From Mytilus californianus (lineage: Eukaryota), in assembly GCF_021869535.1 (NCBI RefSeq), contig NW_026262581.1, forward strand, positions 135,842,001 to 135,906,000: 64,000 nt of DNA, given 5' to 3'. This document shows positions 1 to 12,640 of the stretch, in pieces. Within the stretch, counting starts at the first letter, position 1; each line of letters opens with the position of its first letter. The notes under the pieces were generated by a model. It did not search any database and was not told the origin of the DNA. It worked only from the letters and a program-made list of their open reading frames with translations. The position numbers and the translations under genes were made by a program.

Positions 1-2218
1 ACATGTGGGTACACCAAAACTGGTACCTGCCACCTTATAGTAATACAATTGTTTAAGAAATGTTTTACTTTAAGCAAACGAATTTGGTGCCAAAGCAGAG
101 TCCAGAAATTTTGCTTTTAAAACTGATTTCTTTTAACATTTGACGAGAAAGTATTAAATGAATATGTATAAATGTGTAACAGCTATTGGAAAAAAAGCTC
201 AAAAATATGTTTAATACCGCCTTTTTGTGTGCCCAAGTCAGTGGACGTCGTTGGTATCTTTCTGTTATAAATGATTTTTATTTATAATGTTATAGCTTAA
301 ATTAGGCTGTTGGTTTTCTTTTTTGAACTTTTTCCTATTTTGTTATCCCGGGGTCTCTTACGGATTGGAAACAATCAGTGGCAGGTGCAGTGCATATTAG
401 TTCATTAAGAAAGTATTGAGCAAAATATTCATCTCAAATATTCAACGATGATTTTAAGAGTTATGGACACTCGATATCTATTAGAACAATGAAACCGATC
501 TGTTGATGAAGGAAAACATCAGAGATTATTTTAAAACTAAATGTAATATCCATAAACTGTTATATTCTCCCATGTGTGAAGCTAAGTTTGACTTTTATCC
601 CATTTTTCTGTAAACATGATTTTGGAAGGTGAATGGAAACGCATTTAATAAAAGTTAGTCAATACAATGGGACCACCAAGTATCATAAGTCTAAGAAGGA
701 CACAAAACAACACGGCCTAACGAGATTGTCGTAACTTATTTTTTAATTTGTGCCTAAATTTCACTTTTTTTCATTATTAAAATGTTGGGTTTTTTTTAGC
801 TTTTTAAACCAAATCTATACGCCAATCAGAAGTACTTAAATTCACCAAAAAAATTCCAGGCTTAAATAAACTATGATTTGATTTCCGAGCGCACAACAAT
901 TTGTATGGAATAACGTTTATCAAATGTCATCGATAACATAACAAGAAACGCATTATAATAAGTGTTTGAAAGCATAAAAACCTAAAAGGACATTAAAACA
1001 GTCAAAACCATTTGGGGTAAATATTCATGAGGTAGTTATAACCTTAAAAAGTATATATTTATCATGCTCAATTAAAGCAGAAATAAATATAATGATTTTC
1101 AAATTGGAAGGTTGGTCGATTTTAAAGTTACCGTATGTTCAGATATTCAGTTTAACGAGTCTTTGGTTTTTATAACCAAATACAGTTATCAAAAGTGACT
1201 AAACACTAACTGCAACGTTTGGTTGAAAGTACCCAATAGCTCAATGTCAATGTAATTCATTATTTGGTTCATATCTTCTTAATATTTAAAATATATTTCT
1301 CTTCTTCTCTTCAAAATAACTGGTTTAAGGTCTTTTGAATCCAATTTCAGTATTCAATTTATGTATGTTGCAGGATAAAGCCTTTCTCTAACTACTGTTG
1401 GTTTCTAACGATAAAATGTTCGTTGTGTTTAAAATTTTAGCAATTTAATCTTTGTATATTGACTGTCATTTTATTCATAACTTGTCTATAATCAGGATTA
1501 TATGGAGGATTATTTAAATTGTCAAGACGTTCGGCTATTGCTGAAAATCGAATTTGATCCTCCAAATTTGTTTTCCTGATTTGTATCGTTTGTAAGATTG
1601 GCTTTGTATTTTTTCTGCGGGATTTTTGGTAAAATGTAAAGAAGCACATATATGATTTCCTGCATATTTGTATCTGATTACACCTAAAAGAAGCCTTCTA
1701 AAAATTCACCGCAATATCTAATTGCCGAAATGCCGGATTGACGAAAATTAAACAAAACATGCAAAGTCCACTTGTTAAAACACAATAACCGTCAAGTCTA
1801 TTCGAATATTATTCACTATGGCCCAGAAAAAAACCTTCAACAAAATTGACACGAATTGCTTTGTTCTTTTTCGGGTGTTCACTAAAACATCATTAAGTAG
1901 CATATTATGATTTACGACAAATTTGAATTTAAGCAGCATCGGTTTCTCGAAAATTTGTTACCGAAAAGTATGATGAAAAGTGAAACAAACAAGCCACAAT
2001 AACCAGATAGTACCTACCTTCATTTAGACAGCAATTATTGGAATGCGACAAATTGGGATTATTTTTTAATCGCAAGCAATATAGGTTTCGATGAATCAAT
2101 AAATACTTTATTTTCTAAAAGAAATTGAAAAAGGTACAGAAAAGGGACCACAATACATTTAGCATACAATGGTTGGGTGATACATACATTGAGTAAATTA
2201 ATACAAAATAGACAATAC

Positions 2219-2232
2219 AAATAATAATAATG

Positions 2233-2263
<31 letters not shown>

Positions 2264-2276
2264 TAATAATAATAAA
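2219..2276. repeat. (AAT)n microsatellite
   Basis: Near-pure ATA/AAT run with a few interruptions, downstream of the minus-strand TRIM-like gene. Confidence 0.9.
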
Positions 2277-2758
2277 AACAATGATAAAAAGATAAACAAA
2301 TGAAATGCTCAGGAACTAAGAGGACTAACTTTTTTCATTTATTACTCTAATAAATTTACAGTCTTCTTAATGTGGAAATCCTTTTTGTATAAAGCAGAGA
2401 GTGAAATTAAGCGGTGTTTTAACACATCGAAGTATGGACAAAAATAAAGACGATGACATAAATATACATATAGATATGATATTTTAACAAATGCGTGATA
2501 TAGAAACTACCTTCATTTGTCATTATTATTCTTTGTGTAACTTGAAATATTTAAAACATTTCCGTATACTTATATACGATTGTACTGCATGACATACACT
2601 ATGATATGATATATCAATATATTGTATTTACATGTTTTATATTTGCTTTCTTATTTAATTACTATATATGGCAATTGAAGCAATTGAAGCAATTAAAAAA
2701 ATAATTAATGCAGAATTACTGTATCAAAATTCAATAACTTTTTCTGGTAATTTTACCC

Positions 2759-4012
2759 CTATCTTTTCGAAATGTTATAAAGTTTAACATGGTTGCCATC
2801 AATTTCTGCAGCAAGAATCTTCAATTCTGGTTGGTATGCAAGATACCTCGGTCTTTTAACTCTATTATCCTGGTCGAGAAGATGATAAATCAATCCATCA
2901 GTTGTATTCATCTGATATATTCTGTTTACTTCACTGCTTGCCACGAACAGAATATTATTGAACATAACGATTCCCCGTGGACTCTTCACTTTTACTGACC
3001 AACATAAATTCCCTTTAAAGTCAACGCTGTGAATGGATTCATTTACAATATCTACAACAAATACGATCTTTTTCACAAAGTCCAAAGCGAGACGTATTGT
3101 ATTGCCGGTGAACTGCCCAAAACTTCTTGTATTTCCTGGTATGACAAACAACTCCTTTCCGCCCAATTCATAAATGCGAATGGCACCATCTTCCCCTTCT
3201 CCACTCTCCACGGCAAAATGTTCCTTATGATATGCAATACTGTATGGTTTTTCTTTTACTTTGAATGTTTTATACGTACGTATCTTATTATCAATTCTGA
3301 AAATTCTTATCTCCTTTTTATCAGCAATAGTTACCGCTATGAGATCATTTGGTGTGCTTGAAATACCTCTTGGGTCGTCTTTCAGTTCTCTAGCCATTTC
3401 AAACTTCAGATCACGTTTGAATACCTTCAAACTTCGATTTTTGTAATCAGCAACGACAATTTTACCATCAGACAGAATTGCTATTCCTCGGACCCTCGTA
3501 ACTTCTTTATCAGCAGGAGCAGAGCTCATTAATTCATTCGCAAATTGTCCCATGAATGGACCGTTATCTTGTACTTGTGCTTGAAATGGATCATCACGTT
3601 GTTGAGTAAATGCCAGTGACCTGCGATCAGCGCCAACACTTTGACGATCGGACACTACTGATATGGTTTCATCTATTGGTAGTTGTTTAGCTGCGATGGC
3701 GATATGGTGTTTCGTTGCTTTAAGTGAGGAATGTTTGTTTGTACAGTTGGTACAAAGTAACTGTTTGCAGTCGATACAAAGACTTACTGCCGGTTCACCA
3801 CAGTCATTACCACAATTGGCATTCACTGAGCTTACATTATAGTCGGTTATGTCGTGTGATGCATCCACCAGGGTATGTGAGCGGGTAGACTTCAGTTTTC
3901 TGTGATACGACGTGCACTCGTGACAAAATGCTTGGTCGCAATTTGCACAAAATACTTCCAATGTTTCCGCAAGTTCATCACATCCATCGCAAACTTTTGA
4001 AACTGTTGCCAT
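2759..4012 (-). CDS. TRIM-like protein A: two tandem B-box (type 1-like) zinc fingers plus C-terminal NHL/6-bladed beta-propeller, 417 aa, single coding exon
   Basis: ORF has CDGC-x10-CANC-x4-CHEC-x3-H-x8-H and CGNDC-x7-CIDC-x4-CTNC-x3-H-x8-H, followed by propeller-type repeats (VRGIAILSDGKIVVADYKN, PRGISSTPNDLIAVT, PYSIAY, PRGIVMFNNILFV, PRYLAYQP). Splice acceptor TAG|AT sits immediately before the ATG (intron end 4015). Paralogous to 7117-8370. Confidence 0.92.
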   Translation of the reverse strand: MATVSKVCDGCDELAETLEVFCANCDQAFCHECTSYHRKLKSTRSHTLVDASHDITDYNVSSVNANCGNDCGEPAVSLCIDCKQLLCTNCTNKHSSLKATKHHIAIAAKQLPIDETISVVSDRQSVGADRRSLAFTQQRDDPFQAQVQDNGPFMGQFANELMSSAPADKEVTRVRGIAILSDGKIVVADYKNRSLKVFKRDLKFEMARELKDDPRGISSTPNDLIAVTIADKKEIRIFRIDNKIRTYKTFKVKEKPYSIAYHKEHFAVESGEGEDGAIRIYELGGKELFVIPGNTRSFGQFTGNTIRLALDFVKKIVFVVDIVNESIHSVDFKGNLCWSVKVKSPRGIVMFNNILFVASSEVNRIYQMNTTDGLIYHLLDQDNRVKRPRYLAYQPELKILAAEIDGNHVKLYNISKR

Positions 4013-4014
4013 AT

Positions 4015-4959
4015 CTACATGATATAGATGTAAATAAATATAATTTAGTACAAGGGACTAGAATGGTTTACTATTTTTATTGGACGAATTTGTTTAACAG
4101 CAGCAATTTATTAGTGGCATAATGACGCTGATCGTTAACATTGTAAATTAAAACAATTCGATGAAACTCAAAGCTAGCATACGATATCAAAATCTTAGAG
4201 AAACAATGGAAACATATCATCAAAATGGGAAAATTTAACATTACTTCCATATATTTGAAGTAAATGGAAAAACATGGCCTTTACTACGAGGAAGTTTCAA
4301 ATTAAACTACTTGTATGCATCAAAACATATACCTATAATGCAGTATTTCACAGTTCAATCATTGGGAAATTTCTGATTAGAAATAAAACATATAAACTCC
4401 CAATATAATGAAAGACTAAAATCAACTTGAGTCTTAATAAATAGTATTAAATTTTAGACAGAAAATATCAACATTATTTGTCATAATCCATCCTTCCAAC
4501 CAGCCATTAACAAACATTAAATCCAGTTTAGATGATTTTAGTATAAACGGAGAAATGTTCACAGCAGTTTTATTATCGCTATTTTCATGGATACGCGAAA
4601 AATACTTGCACGAATATTTGATGGAAAATCGATTCATAAGAGAATAAATAAAACCTGGAAATCGCGAAGTAAAAGCTGTGTGAATTTTAATTGCAAATAA
4701 AAGACTGAGCGAAAATTTACCGGTTTAAGGTATTTTAACGTGATTTGAACTAATTTTTCGCATACCTTTGGTTATTGATATTAACAAAAGCATGATATAA
4801 GGTACCATTTTATTATATATATCTAAATATCACAATTGAATAATAAATCGATCATATGTTTAAATAAAAATGAATAAATCGAAACATCTCACTGGTTGCA
4901 TTTGTCATTTTGTTCATACATTAGATAAAAGAGCATAACAAGTGTACCTATCTGCTTAC
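4015..4959 (-). other. Probable 5'-UTR intron of TRIM-like A
   Basis: Minus-strand donor CAG|GTAAGC at 4959 and acceptor TGTAG| at 4015, 2 nt before the ATG. The pairing of the two sites is inferred; the layout mirrors paralogue B. Confidence 0.5.
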
Positions 4960-5429
4960 CTGTTTAAACTCAGTTATAACACACCTTTCGCGTTTGGTTA
5001 AATTATATATATATATGTATCAATAAATCTATTCTATTTATTCGTCTATTTTAAAATACACAGGGTTTGAAGAGAAAACGATATTTAAAAAGTCTACCTT
5101 TCTAAGAATCTGAGGTTTACCAAATCAAAAAGATTCCAGTAATTGATGAAAATGAAAAATCGTAACAAAGTAAAAGAAAATTTCACTTCTCATCATGCTT
5201 AGTTGAACCAAATCAACTGATGGCTACACCATCTGCTTCGGTGAAATTTTCTATTTTTTTGTTAATTTTCAGTATATAAAATTATCAAACTCCCTCTGGC
5301 AAAGTTGGCCTGGCATTCATCCTTTAAAAATATTTTATGCATTTTGGTTCTCGATCGCACATGAATGTTATTCCAGGAACACGTATCGTGCTACCTGATA
5401 TAATTATATTTAAAAATAAATGAAAAATA

Positions 5430-5660
5430 CACTGCATGCGTCCGAAGCATTTTTTGTATTCACCTTCACCAGGAACACTCAAAGCAAAATATTTAAAATC
5501 AAAGGATTAATTAATATCAAAACGCGTGAAGACCTATATGACCTTACGGGGCCTAAAAGACGAATCTATCTAAAGTCAACTTTGGTTTATAATTTTGTAT
5601 GCCAGACGCGCATTTCATCTACAAAAGACCCACCAGTGACGCTCGAATCAAACATTTAAA
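5430..5660 (-). mobile_element. Penelope-like/retrozyme-type non-autonomous repeat with two degenerate hammerhead motifs
   Basis: 5438-5478 aligns with the hammerhead-bearing repeat at 15270-15311 (core mutated to CTGGTGA/AAAA). 5601-5642 reads gcgtca-CTGGTGG-gtc..gat-GAAA-tgcgcgt-c-tggc on the minus strand. Confidence 0.6.
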
Positions 5661-6942
5661 TTGCCATATCATTTACACTTTATGATATTATATGAATACC
5701 ACATAGCTGAGAGGGTTATAGAGTAGATTGTTACCCCGAGATAACATTGTCAACCGATGCGAAGCTAGGTGGGTAAATCCTTCCTTCGTCTGAAACAAGA
5801 TAATGTGTTATGTAAGGGTTTGGCGGACGACCTCGCGACATGACGTCTTATTTAAAAGGATCAGTGACCTTTAACACAGGTTTATTATTAATCATGTCTG
5901 ATTTGCTTAAAAGTGAGCTAATGACTTGAAGCATTGTATTAATCATGAATTTTGACGCCTGAAATTTTCAGTAAATATCAGTTTTTCAAAAGTCAATGTA
6001 ACCATATATTTACCTCATAATTAATATTCCACTGTATGTATGAATGTAAAAATGAATTGCTTAACAAATATTTTATTGGTTTGGACTATTCAACATGACA
6101 TTGAACAAAGCATCATATTATGTTACCTCAATTTTAATTTGCACTCATGGTCCACGATTATCTTTCAAGGTGATATAGCAATAATCTAAGTAAAATTAAA
6201 CAATGAAACGTATTCATACGATATCCCAGGGCTTGAGTTTCCAATCAAGATTTCCTTAATAAATGGTTGCTGCTCACAATGAAACTATGGTGTTCGTGTT
6301 GTTTAAAATTTAGTTATCTTTTGTAGTGGTTTTTGTTTTGTTTGTTGTATCTTGGTATTTTTGTTGGTTTTTTTTGGGGGGGGGGGAGGGGGGTTGCCAT
6401 TGTTTTGCTTGTTTTTCTTCAAATTGTGTTTGTATTGCCCTCTTTGTATCGCCTTCCTATTTTTTATATATAAGTTCAAATAGAGTGGATGTAAATAATT
6501 ATAGGCAACCGTAGGGCCTTCAACAACGAGAAAAACCCATACCGGATAGTCGGCTATAAATGCTTAATCTATTCTGACGTAAAAGAAACATGATACTGAT
6601 GTTTAGTAAGCAAATTTGTTTGAAATCACATTAACTCTTAACACCTATTATTGTAAATATAAAGACTAGTTGTTCTCACTGTATGTTTAATTTACCTTGG
6701 ACCATGCACTGATATTCGGGCTGCAAAACCCAGATTGATCAATATATTGATAGTAAATATGATTTAACGTAAATGTTTGTTATAAGGAAAAACAGATTTT
6801 CCAGTTTTATTTTTAAATTTTACCTGCGGTATACGAAAATTGATTTCAATACAAGAAATTCATACAGGTGACGCCATATTGTAAAACGTAAAAGTAAACA
6901 AAGTTCTGTTTTGCAACTTCAGTTCAGGAAGACGGATAAGCG

Positions 6943-7114
6943 GTAAGTTGATTCGGGAATCAATTACCTGGAAAGTTACCATAGATTTCAATAAAAATAG
7001 CAACGAATGCATGAACTACATTTTTTTTTATGAAGTTTTTGAGTTGTCTTAAGGACTTGTTCATTTTACTTGATGCGATCAAAATCAATTAAATCCTTTT
7101 TATTTTTACTGTAG
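6943..7114 (+). other. Probable 5'-UTR intron of TRIM-like B
   Basis: Donor CG|GTAAGT at 6943; pyrimidine tract and acceptor TGTAG|GA-ATG ending at 7114. Confidence 0.65.
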
Positions 7115-7116
7115 GA

Positions 7117-8370
7117 ATGGAAGCTGCACCAAACGCTTGTGACGGCTGCGAAAAGGATGAAAAGGTAGAATCATTTTGCGTCAATTGTGAGCAGCTTTAT
7201 TGCCAGGAATGCACCGCTTATCATATGAAATGTAAAACCACTCGTTCTCACGTCTTACTGGATGCATCACATCTTGATACAGATATATCTCATTCTTCTA
7301 CTGATGTCAAATGTGGCAATGAATGTGGGGAGCAGGCAGCAATTCTTTGTCTAGATTGTAAACAGTTACTTTGTGGCAACTGTACACAGAAACATTCAAG
7401 GCTTAAAGCAACCAAAGGACATATTGCAATAACCGCAAAACAACTCGCTAGAGACGAAACGACCTCATTAATTTCCTTTGGTGCTTATTCTGAAAGAAGA
7501 ACTTCTGTAGTTTCACATCCACAGGAGCTAGTGCATGCACAAGTTCAAGTTGAGAAAGGTCCGCACTCGGGTATGTTTACAAATGAGTTCATGAGTTCCG
7601 CTCCAGGAGACAAAGAAGTAACAAGAGTTCGTGGAATAGTAATTCTCTCCGATGGCAAAATTCTTGTTGCCGATTATAAAAATCGAAGTTTGAAACTATT
7701 TAACAGAGAATTGAAATTAGAAATGGCAAAGGATATAAAAGAAGATCCAAGAGGAATGGCTGCTACTGCTAACGATTTTGTAGTAGTCACTATTGCCGAT
7801 AAAAAGGAAATAAAAATATATAAAGTCGAACATAACAAGATACGTACTCACAAAACGGTTAAAGTGAAAGAAAAACCTTACAGTATTACTTACAATAAAG
7901 ACCACTTTGCGGTCGAACACGGTGAGGGAGAAGATGGCACTATTCGTATTTATGACCAAAACATTAGAGAAATATGTGTCATACCGGGTAACACCAGACA
8001 CTTTGGACAATTCACTGGCAATACAATACGACTTGCCTTAGATTATACGAAACAGGTCATATTTGTAGTCGACATAGCAAAAGAGTCCGTCCATTGTGTC
8101 GATTTTAAAGGTGGGCTGATCTGGACAGTGAAAGTGGGAAGTCCCAGGGGAATTGTTTTCCACAACAACATTCTGTTTGTTGCCAGCAGTGCAGAAAACA
8201 AGATAAACCAGATGAATGCTGTCGATGGATTAGTCTACTCTATGTTAGATGAAGACAATAGAATTAAGCGTCCTCGGTACATTGCCTACAACCCTGATTC
8301 GAAAACACTTGCTGTTGAAATCGATGGGAACCATATAAAGCTTTATACCATTACAAAGTGTGATAAATGA
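7117..8370 (+). CDS. TRIM-like protein B: two tandem B-box zinc fingers plus NHL/6-bladed beta-propeller, 417 aa, single coding exon
   Basis: CDGC..CVNC..CQEC..H..H and CGNEC..CLDC..CGNC..H..H, then a propeller nearly colinear with paralogue A (shared SSAP.DKEVTRVRGI, DYKNRSLK, HGEGEDG, FGQFTGNTIRLALD). Confidence 0.92.
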   Translation: MEAAPNACDGCEKDEKVESFCVNCEQLYCQECTAYHMKCKTTRSHVLLDASHLDTDISHSSTDVKCGNECGEQAAILCLDCKQLLCGNCTQKHSRLKATKGHIAITAKQLARDETTSLISFGAYSERRTSVVSHPQELVHAQVQVEKGPHSGMFTNEFMSSAPGDKEVTRVRGIVILSDGKILVADYKNRSLKLFNRELKLEMAKDIKEDPRGMAATANDFVVVTIADKKEIKIYKVEHNKIRTHKTVKVKEKPYSITYNKDHFAVEHGEGEDGTIRIYDQNIREICVIPGNTRHFGQFTGNTIRLALDYTKQVIFVVDIAKESVHCVDFKGGLIWTVKVGSPRGIVFHNNILFVASSAENKINQMNAVDGLVYSMLDEDNRIKRPRYIAYNPDSKTLAVEIDGNHIKLYTITKCDK

Positions 8371-9021
8371 AATGTGCAAGTCTTACCAAATGTAAAAGTA
8401 TGAGTTAACTGTTTTCATCCTCTGATAACTATTTATTTACTACTTATCTTGCCATCTACTACATCAAGACAGAACGTAAACAATCCTCAAAGATACCAGG
8501 CTTACCATTCTAGTATGTACGTCTTGAATTGAGTGAATTGAAACAGTTGAAGGGCCAAATCAATTACGAAGTTGGAGAGCATTGAAAACCTTAAATTATA
8601 CTGTTTATAATGTTATTTATAAGTCCCCAAAAAACAATTGGATCAAATTGGTTGGTAAAAAATTTACTGAAATACAAGCATGCAGTATTTTTCAATTAGT
8701 ATCGCATGAACTATTTTACGCGTCACTTTTTGAGTATAATTGACCTTGATAAGATATTATTTTGTGTTCAGGTATTTTACATAATTTTCAACGTATAAAT
8801 AATATATTACTTGCAGTGACTTGTTTATGCTGCTCGATTTAATATTTTTTAATTTGTTTTGCTGTCTTCTTGTGGCATTAAGTAAAACATCATACACATG
8901 AGTAAAATCATACATGTAACACAACACAAAATCGTTAATGCACTTTTGAATAATGTACGTATTGACTACAATAGAAAGATTTATAGATTCTATTTCAATA
9001 TATTTATACATGAATCACTTA

Positions 9022-9267
9022 GGGACGACATCAAAAGATCAATGTAGGATAAAAAACTTAAATCAAATAGTTTGGGGGTTGAGGGAGGGGGGGGGGGGGG
9101 GGGGGGGGTTAACATTGCTGCAAGTTTTGTTTATCCAAAATCGATTTTACATATATCCATATTGGTCAATCAATTTTTCCCAAATTAAGTTAAGAGGGGG
9201 GTGGGGTTAGTGAAAAAACTATGTGAATTAAGTTTTTTATCCTACATTGAACTTTTGATGTCGTCCC
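9022..9267. mobile_element. PIF/Harbinger (Tourist-like) MITE, 246 bp
   Basis: About 40-bp terminal inverted repeats starting GGGACGACATCAAAAG (one mismatch), flanked by TTA on both sides (9019-9021, 9268-9270); internal poly-G. Confidence 0.85.
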
Positions 9268-9999
9268 TTATGAAAATAAAAAGATTGGTTTTCAAAATTT
9301 CAATGTTAAATTCTCTAGAAATCTTACTTCCTGTTACAATTTGTACCTAGTAATCTATTTTTTTTTTATTTAATGGATTAAACTACGGGAAAGAAATTCA
9401 CAAATAACGGTCTATATGATTGTTGTATATCTTCTACCCAAACATTTCACCCTTGGAGTGGGTAAGAATCTGTTTAATCTTAGAACAAGGATGCGGTATT
9501 GGGAAATTTTATCTCCGAAAAATTATACTTGCTCACTCTTACTAACTTTGGAATCGACGTTGAATTTCAGCGTCCGTTAAAGAAAAGCTGTTGCACCCAA
9601 AAATAAACGTAAAAACTAAAATCAAGTTTTATATAAGGAATTTACCAGAAAACTGTCTCTGTTCTGAAGAAGTCGTAAATTAATTGACGGTTTTATAGTT
9701 GTAAATGTCTGTGTCATTTGGTCTCTTGTGGAGAATTGTCTCATTGACAATCATACCATATCTTCTTATTTTTATATCATAAAATAAACTTGGCTAATAC
9801 AAATGTTACAGAAAATGATATTAAGAACATGTATGTTCATTCGTAAATGTAATTAAAACAGAGATATCTACAAGATTATCATCTAAAGTACTAGTTGTAT
9901 GTCGGAAGGTATAAATACTTTCACCTCTTTTATTTTGTATATTTATAAACAATGAAGTTAAGAAGTTAAACATAGGTATATAATATTTTGATAATGATA

Positions 10000-10620
10000 A
10001 AGTAAGCATGTTGGAACATGTATATGCAGATGATCTTGTATTTTTTACTGAGAAAGAGATTGACTTACAAAAATTATTAGAAGTTTTGAATATGTGTTGA
10101 TGTACATGACCTAGCTGCTAATTTAGAAAAATCTAAAATAAAACATTTTATAAGAACAGTATATATCTAGATCAAATTTTTCATTTGTTTTTAATTGTAA
10201 CCGTATTGATATTGTCTCAGTATACATATATGATGATAAAGCAAAAGGCAGTGCCAAACGCCAATAGTAGATCTTTGTTTGTTATGTCTAAATGTACAGC
10301 TAACGGTAGTTTTTAATATTGTAATTTTCCAAAATTGTTTAATACTCTTAACTTTGATGTATAAATAGTGTAAAAATTAAACAGAAGTGATTTCGCAAAA
10401 TGAAGATGTGGAATAGCGCCCATCAGAATTGAAACTGCTCGTTACGAAAATATTGACATAGAAAATTGAGCATGTTTTAAACGTACTCATGCAGTTGAGA
10501 TGAAAAAACATGTTTTGTTAAATTGTCTTGTATATGCAGATATCCGTAACGTTATTGTTTAATCATGCTGGTATTGTTGATGAGATTTATTTTTGACATG
10601 TTTAATAATGAATAATGAAA
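10000..10620 (+). mobile_element. Decayed non-LTR retrotransposon (CR1/L2-like) reverse transcriptase fragment
   Basis: Translates HVYADDLVFFTEKEIDLQKLLEVL (YADD at 10023-10034), LAANLEKSK, and later GIAPIRIETARYE...KHVLLNC, typical of the ORF2 C-terminus. Stops and frameshifts are present. Confidence 0.8.
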
Positions 10621-10649
10621 AGCTGATATTCCCTTTTACAAATGAACGT

Positions 10650-10740
10650 ACCTTGACCTATAATGGTTTACTTTTATAAATTGTAACTTGGATGGAGAGT
10701 TGTCTCATTGGCACTCATACCACATCTTCCTATATCTATA
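10650..10740. repeat. Fragment of abundant dispersed repeat family (GGAGAGTTGTCTCATTGGCACTCATACCACATCTT terminus)
   Basis: The same terminus recurs at about 9690-9780, 23975-24170, 25360-25500, 26630-27000, 36300-36400, 48235-48460, 52915-53230 and 60840-61095, in both orientations. Confidence 0.75.
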
Positions 10741-12039
10741 TATGGTGTTTTCTACTGCCAACATATGCAATGTTTGAAATTTTATAAAGGCGAAAATGTC
10801 GTTTATACTCATGACAGCTGACTTGTATTTCTATTATATAAATTGTTTTATAGTCTCTCATAACTCTAAATAAAAAGGCTTGTTATTAACTTGTGTTTTT
10901 ACTATGTTGTCTATTTTATCTGTAACAAGTAGTTAGAATTGAGTAAAGTATTTGTTTTGTCTTGTCCTGTATTCATATTTTCGAAAAGTTTGTCTACTTT
11001 CATTTCTATAAGTTAAAAGTTCCTATTCAGCTGGTTGCAGTCGTATCTTATACACAAATCTCATTAATTTGATAAGTAAATGATATCTTGACTATGGAAA
11101 CAATTTGGCTTAATAAGTGTTTAAAAACCTAATTAATAAATTCATTTTCATAATTATTTAAAAATAAACATTTACTATTTATTGTGTTAACCTGTCCTGT
11201 ACATTGAACTCTGCAAATGAAGTTGTATTTTCAACAAACAGCAAATTAATATCCACTAGTTTTAAAAATATCATTTATTTTTTTTTTACTTTGAGTATGG
11301 TGTTTGCATTCATTTAAAGCAATGTCTGTATAAGATATATATATATATATATACATTCGTTATTCTCTAAAAACATTTAGATAATACTGAACGAAAAAAA
11401 TACTCAACAAGCCATGATGCAACATAACTGCATGTGTTATTCTTAATAAAAGTAATTTGAATTTTTAGAAGACCAAGTGATAAGTTACCAATAGTTTAAA
11501 TGACACTGTAAAGTACATACAAAGTCAAAGAAGGAAGATCATCAATGTTTTCCTTGAAATATATCTCGAAGGAAGAGAAAATAGTCCATATCATCATTAT
11601 AAACTGTTGACACAGAGATATGTTTCGTCTGCATGTATGTAATATTGATAGTACAAGCATGAAATGTATATGCAAACACTTTTAACATGTAAACTATGCA
11701 AAAAGTTGCAAGGTCATTGCAACTCATGAGATGTGCGTTCTTTCGAAGAAATGCTCTTGGCAACTGATTATTACTAGTAAATAACTTTCTGCTTTATATA
11801 ATCAAATTGGATCTGCGATATATATCATTGAACGTAACACATGTTTCGTTTATTTCCTACACTGCACTGAAATTCTGAAGACAAAAATACATTGGTTCTG
11901 CGCATCATAAGTTTTAATTGTGTTTACCATTCCGTTATTATATGAAATCCGCTTATAAGTACAGTGAATAATATTTGAGTGCAAGAAGCATGATGTTTGT
12001 TTCAGCAGATGAAGTACTTTGTGAAAGTTTTATTATCAT

Positions 12040-12548
12040 AACAAGCATTCTGTGAGTATTGCATGGCAATACATAGTCCCCTACCGGTTTAAAATTCATT
12101 GTATTGGAACAAACTTCTAACTTGATCTATAACTTGTCATGGTGTAAACTATATAACAAATATCAAGTCAATATCTTCAAGCATGACGAAAAAAAGCGTT
12201 GAAAACTGATTATTTATGTGAATTTTCTGTCCAAGGACCATAACTCTGCACAAAATCATCAGACCGGAACAAAATTCGAACTTGATCTGTAACTTGTCAT
12301 GATAAAACTATATACCAATTTTCAAATCAATATCTTCTAGCATGACGAAAAAAAGTGCTGAAAACTGATTATTTGAGTGAATTTTCTAAGTCAAAGGACC
12401 ATAACTCTGCACAAAATCATCAGACCGGAACAAAATTCGAACTTGATTTGTAACTTGTCATGATAAAACAATACACCAAATATCAAATCAATATATTCAA
12501 GCATGAAGAAAAAAAGTGTGGAAAACTGATTTGCCGGACTGACGGATG

Positions 12549-12595
<47 letters not shown>

Positions 12596-12640
12596 GGACG
12601 GCGTGCAAACCTAAAGTCCCCTACGACTTCGGGACTAATA
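12040..12640 (+). mobile_element. Helentron/DINE-1-like non-autonomous element with about 160-bp internal tandem repeats and (GACA)n
   Basis: 5' subterminal TAGTCCCCTACCG, about 2.5 monomers, (GACA)n at 12550-12595, and 3' GGGACTA partner. A second full copy is at 33383-33963. Confidence 0.75.

Noticed and set aside
2789-3446. Short plus-strand ORFs overlapping TRIM-like A (also 7717-8010, 37009-37485, 37226-37408, 46133-47389 over other CDSs)
   Set aside because: Antisense or alternate-frame shadows of real coding exons with no recognisable motifs.
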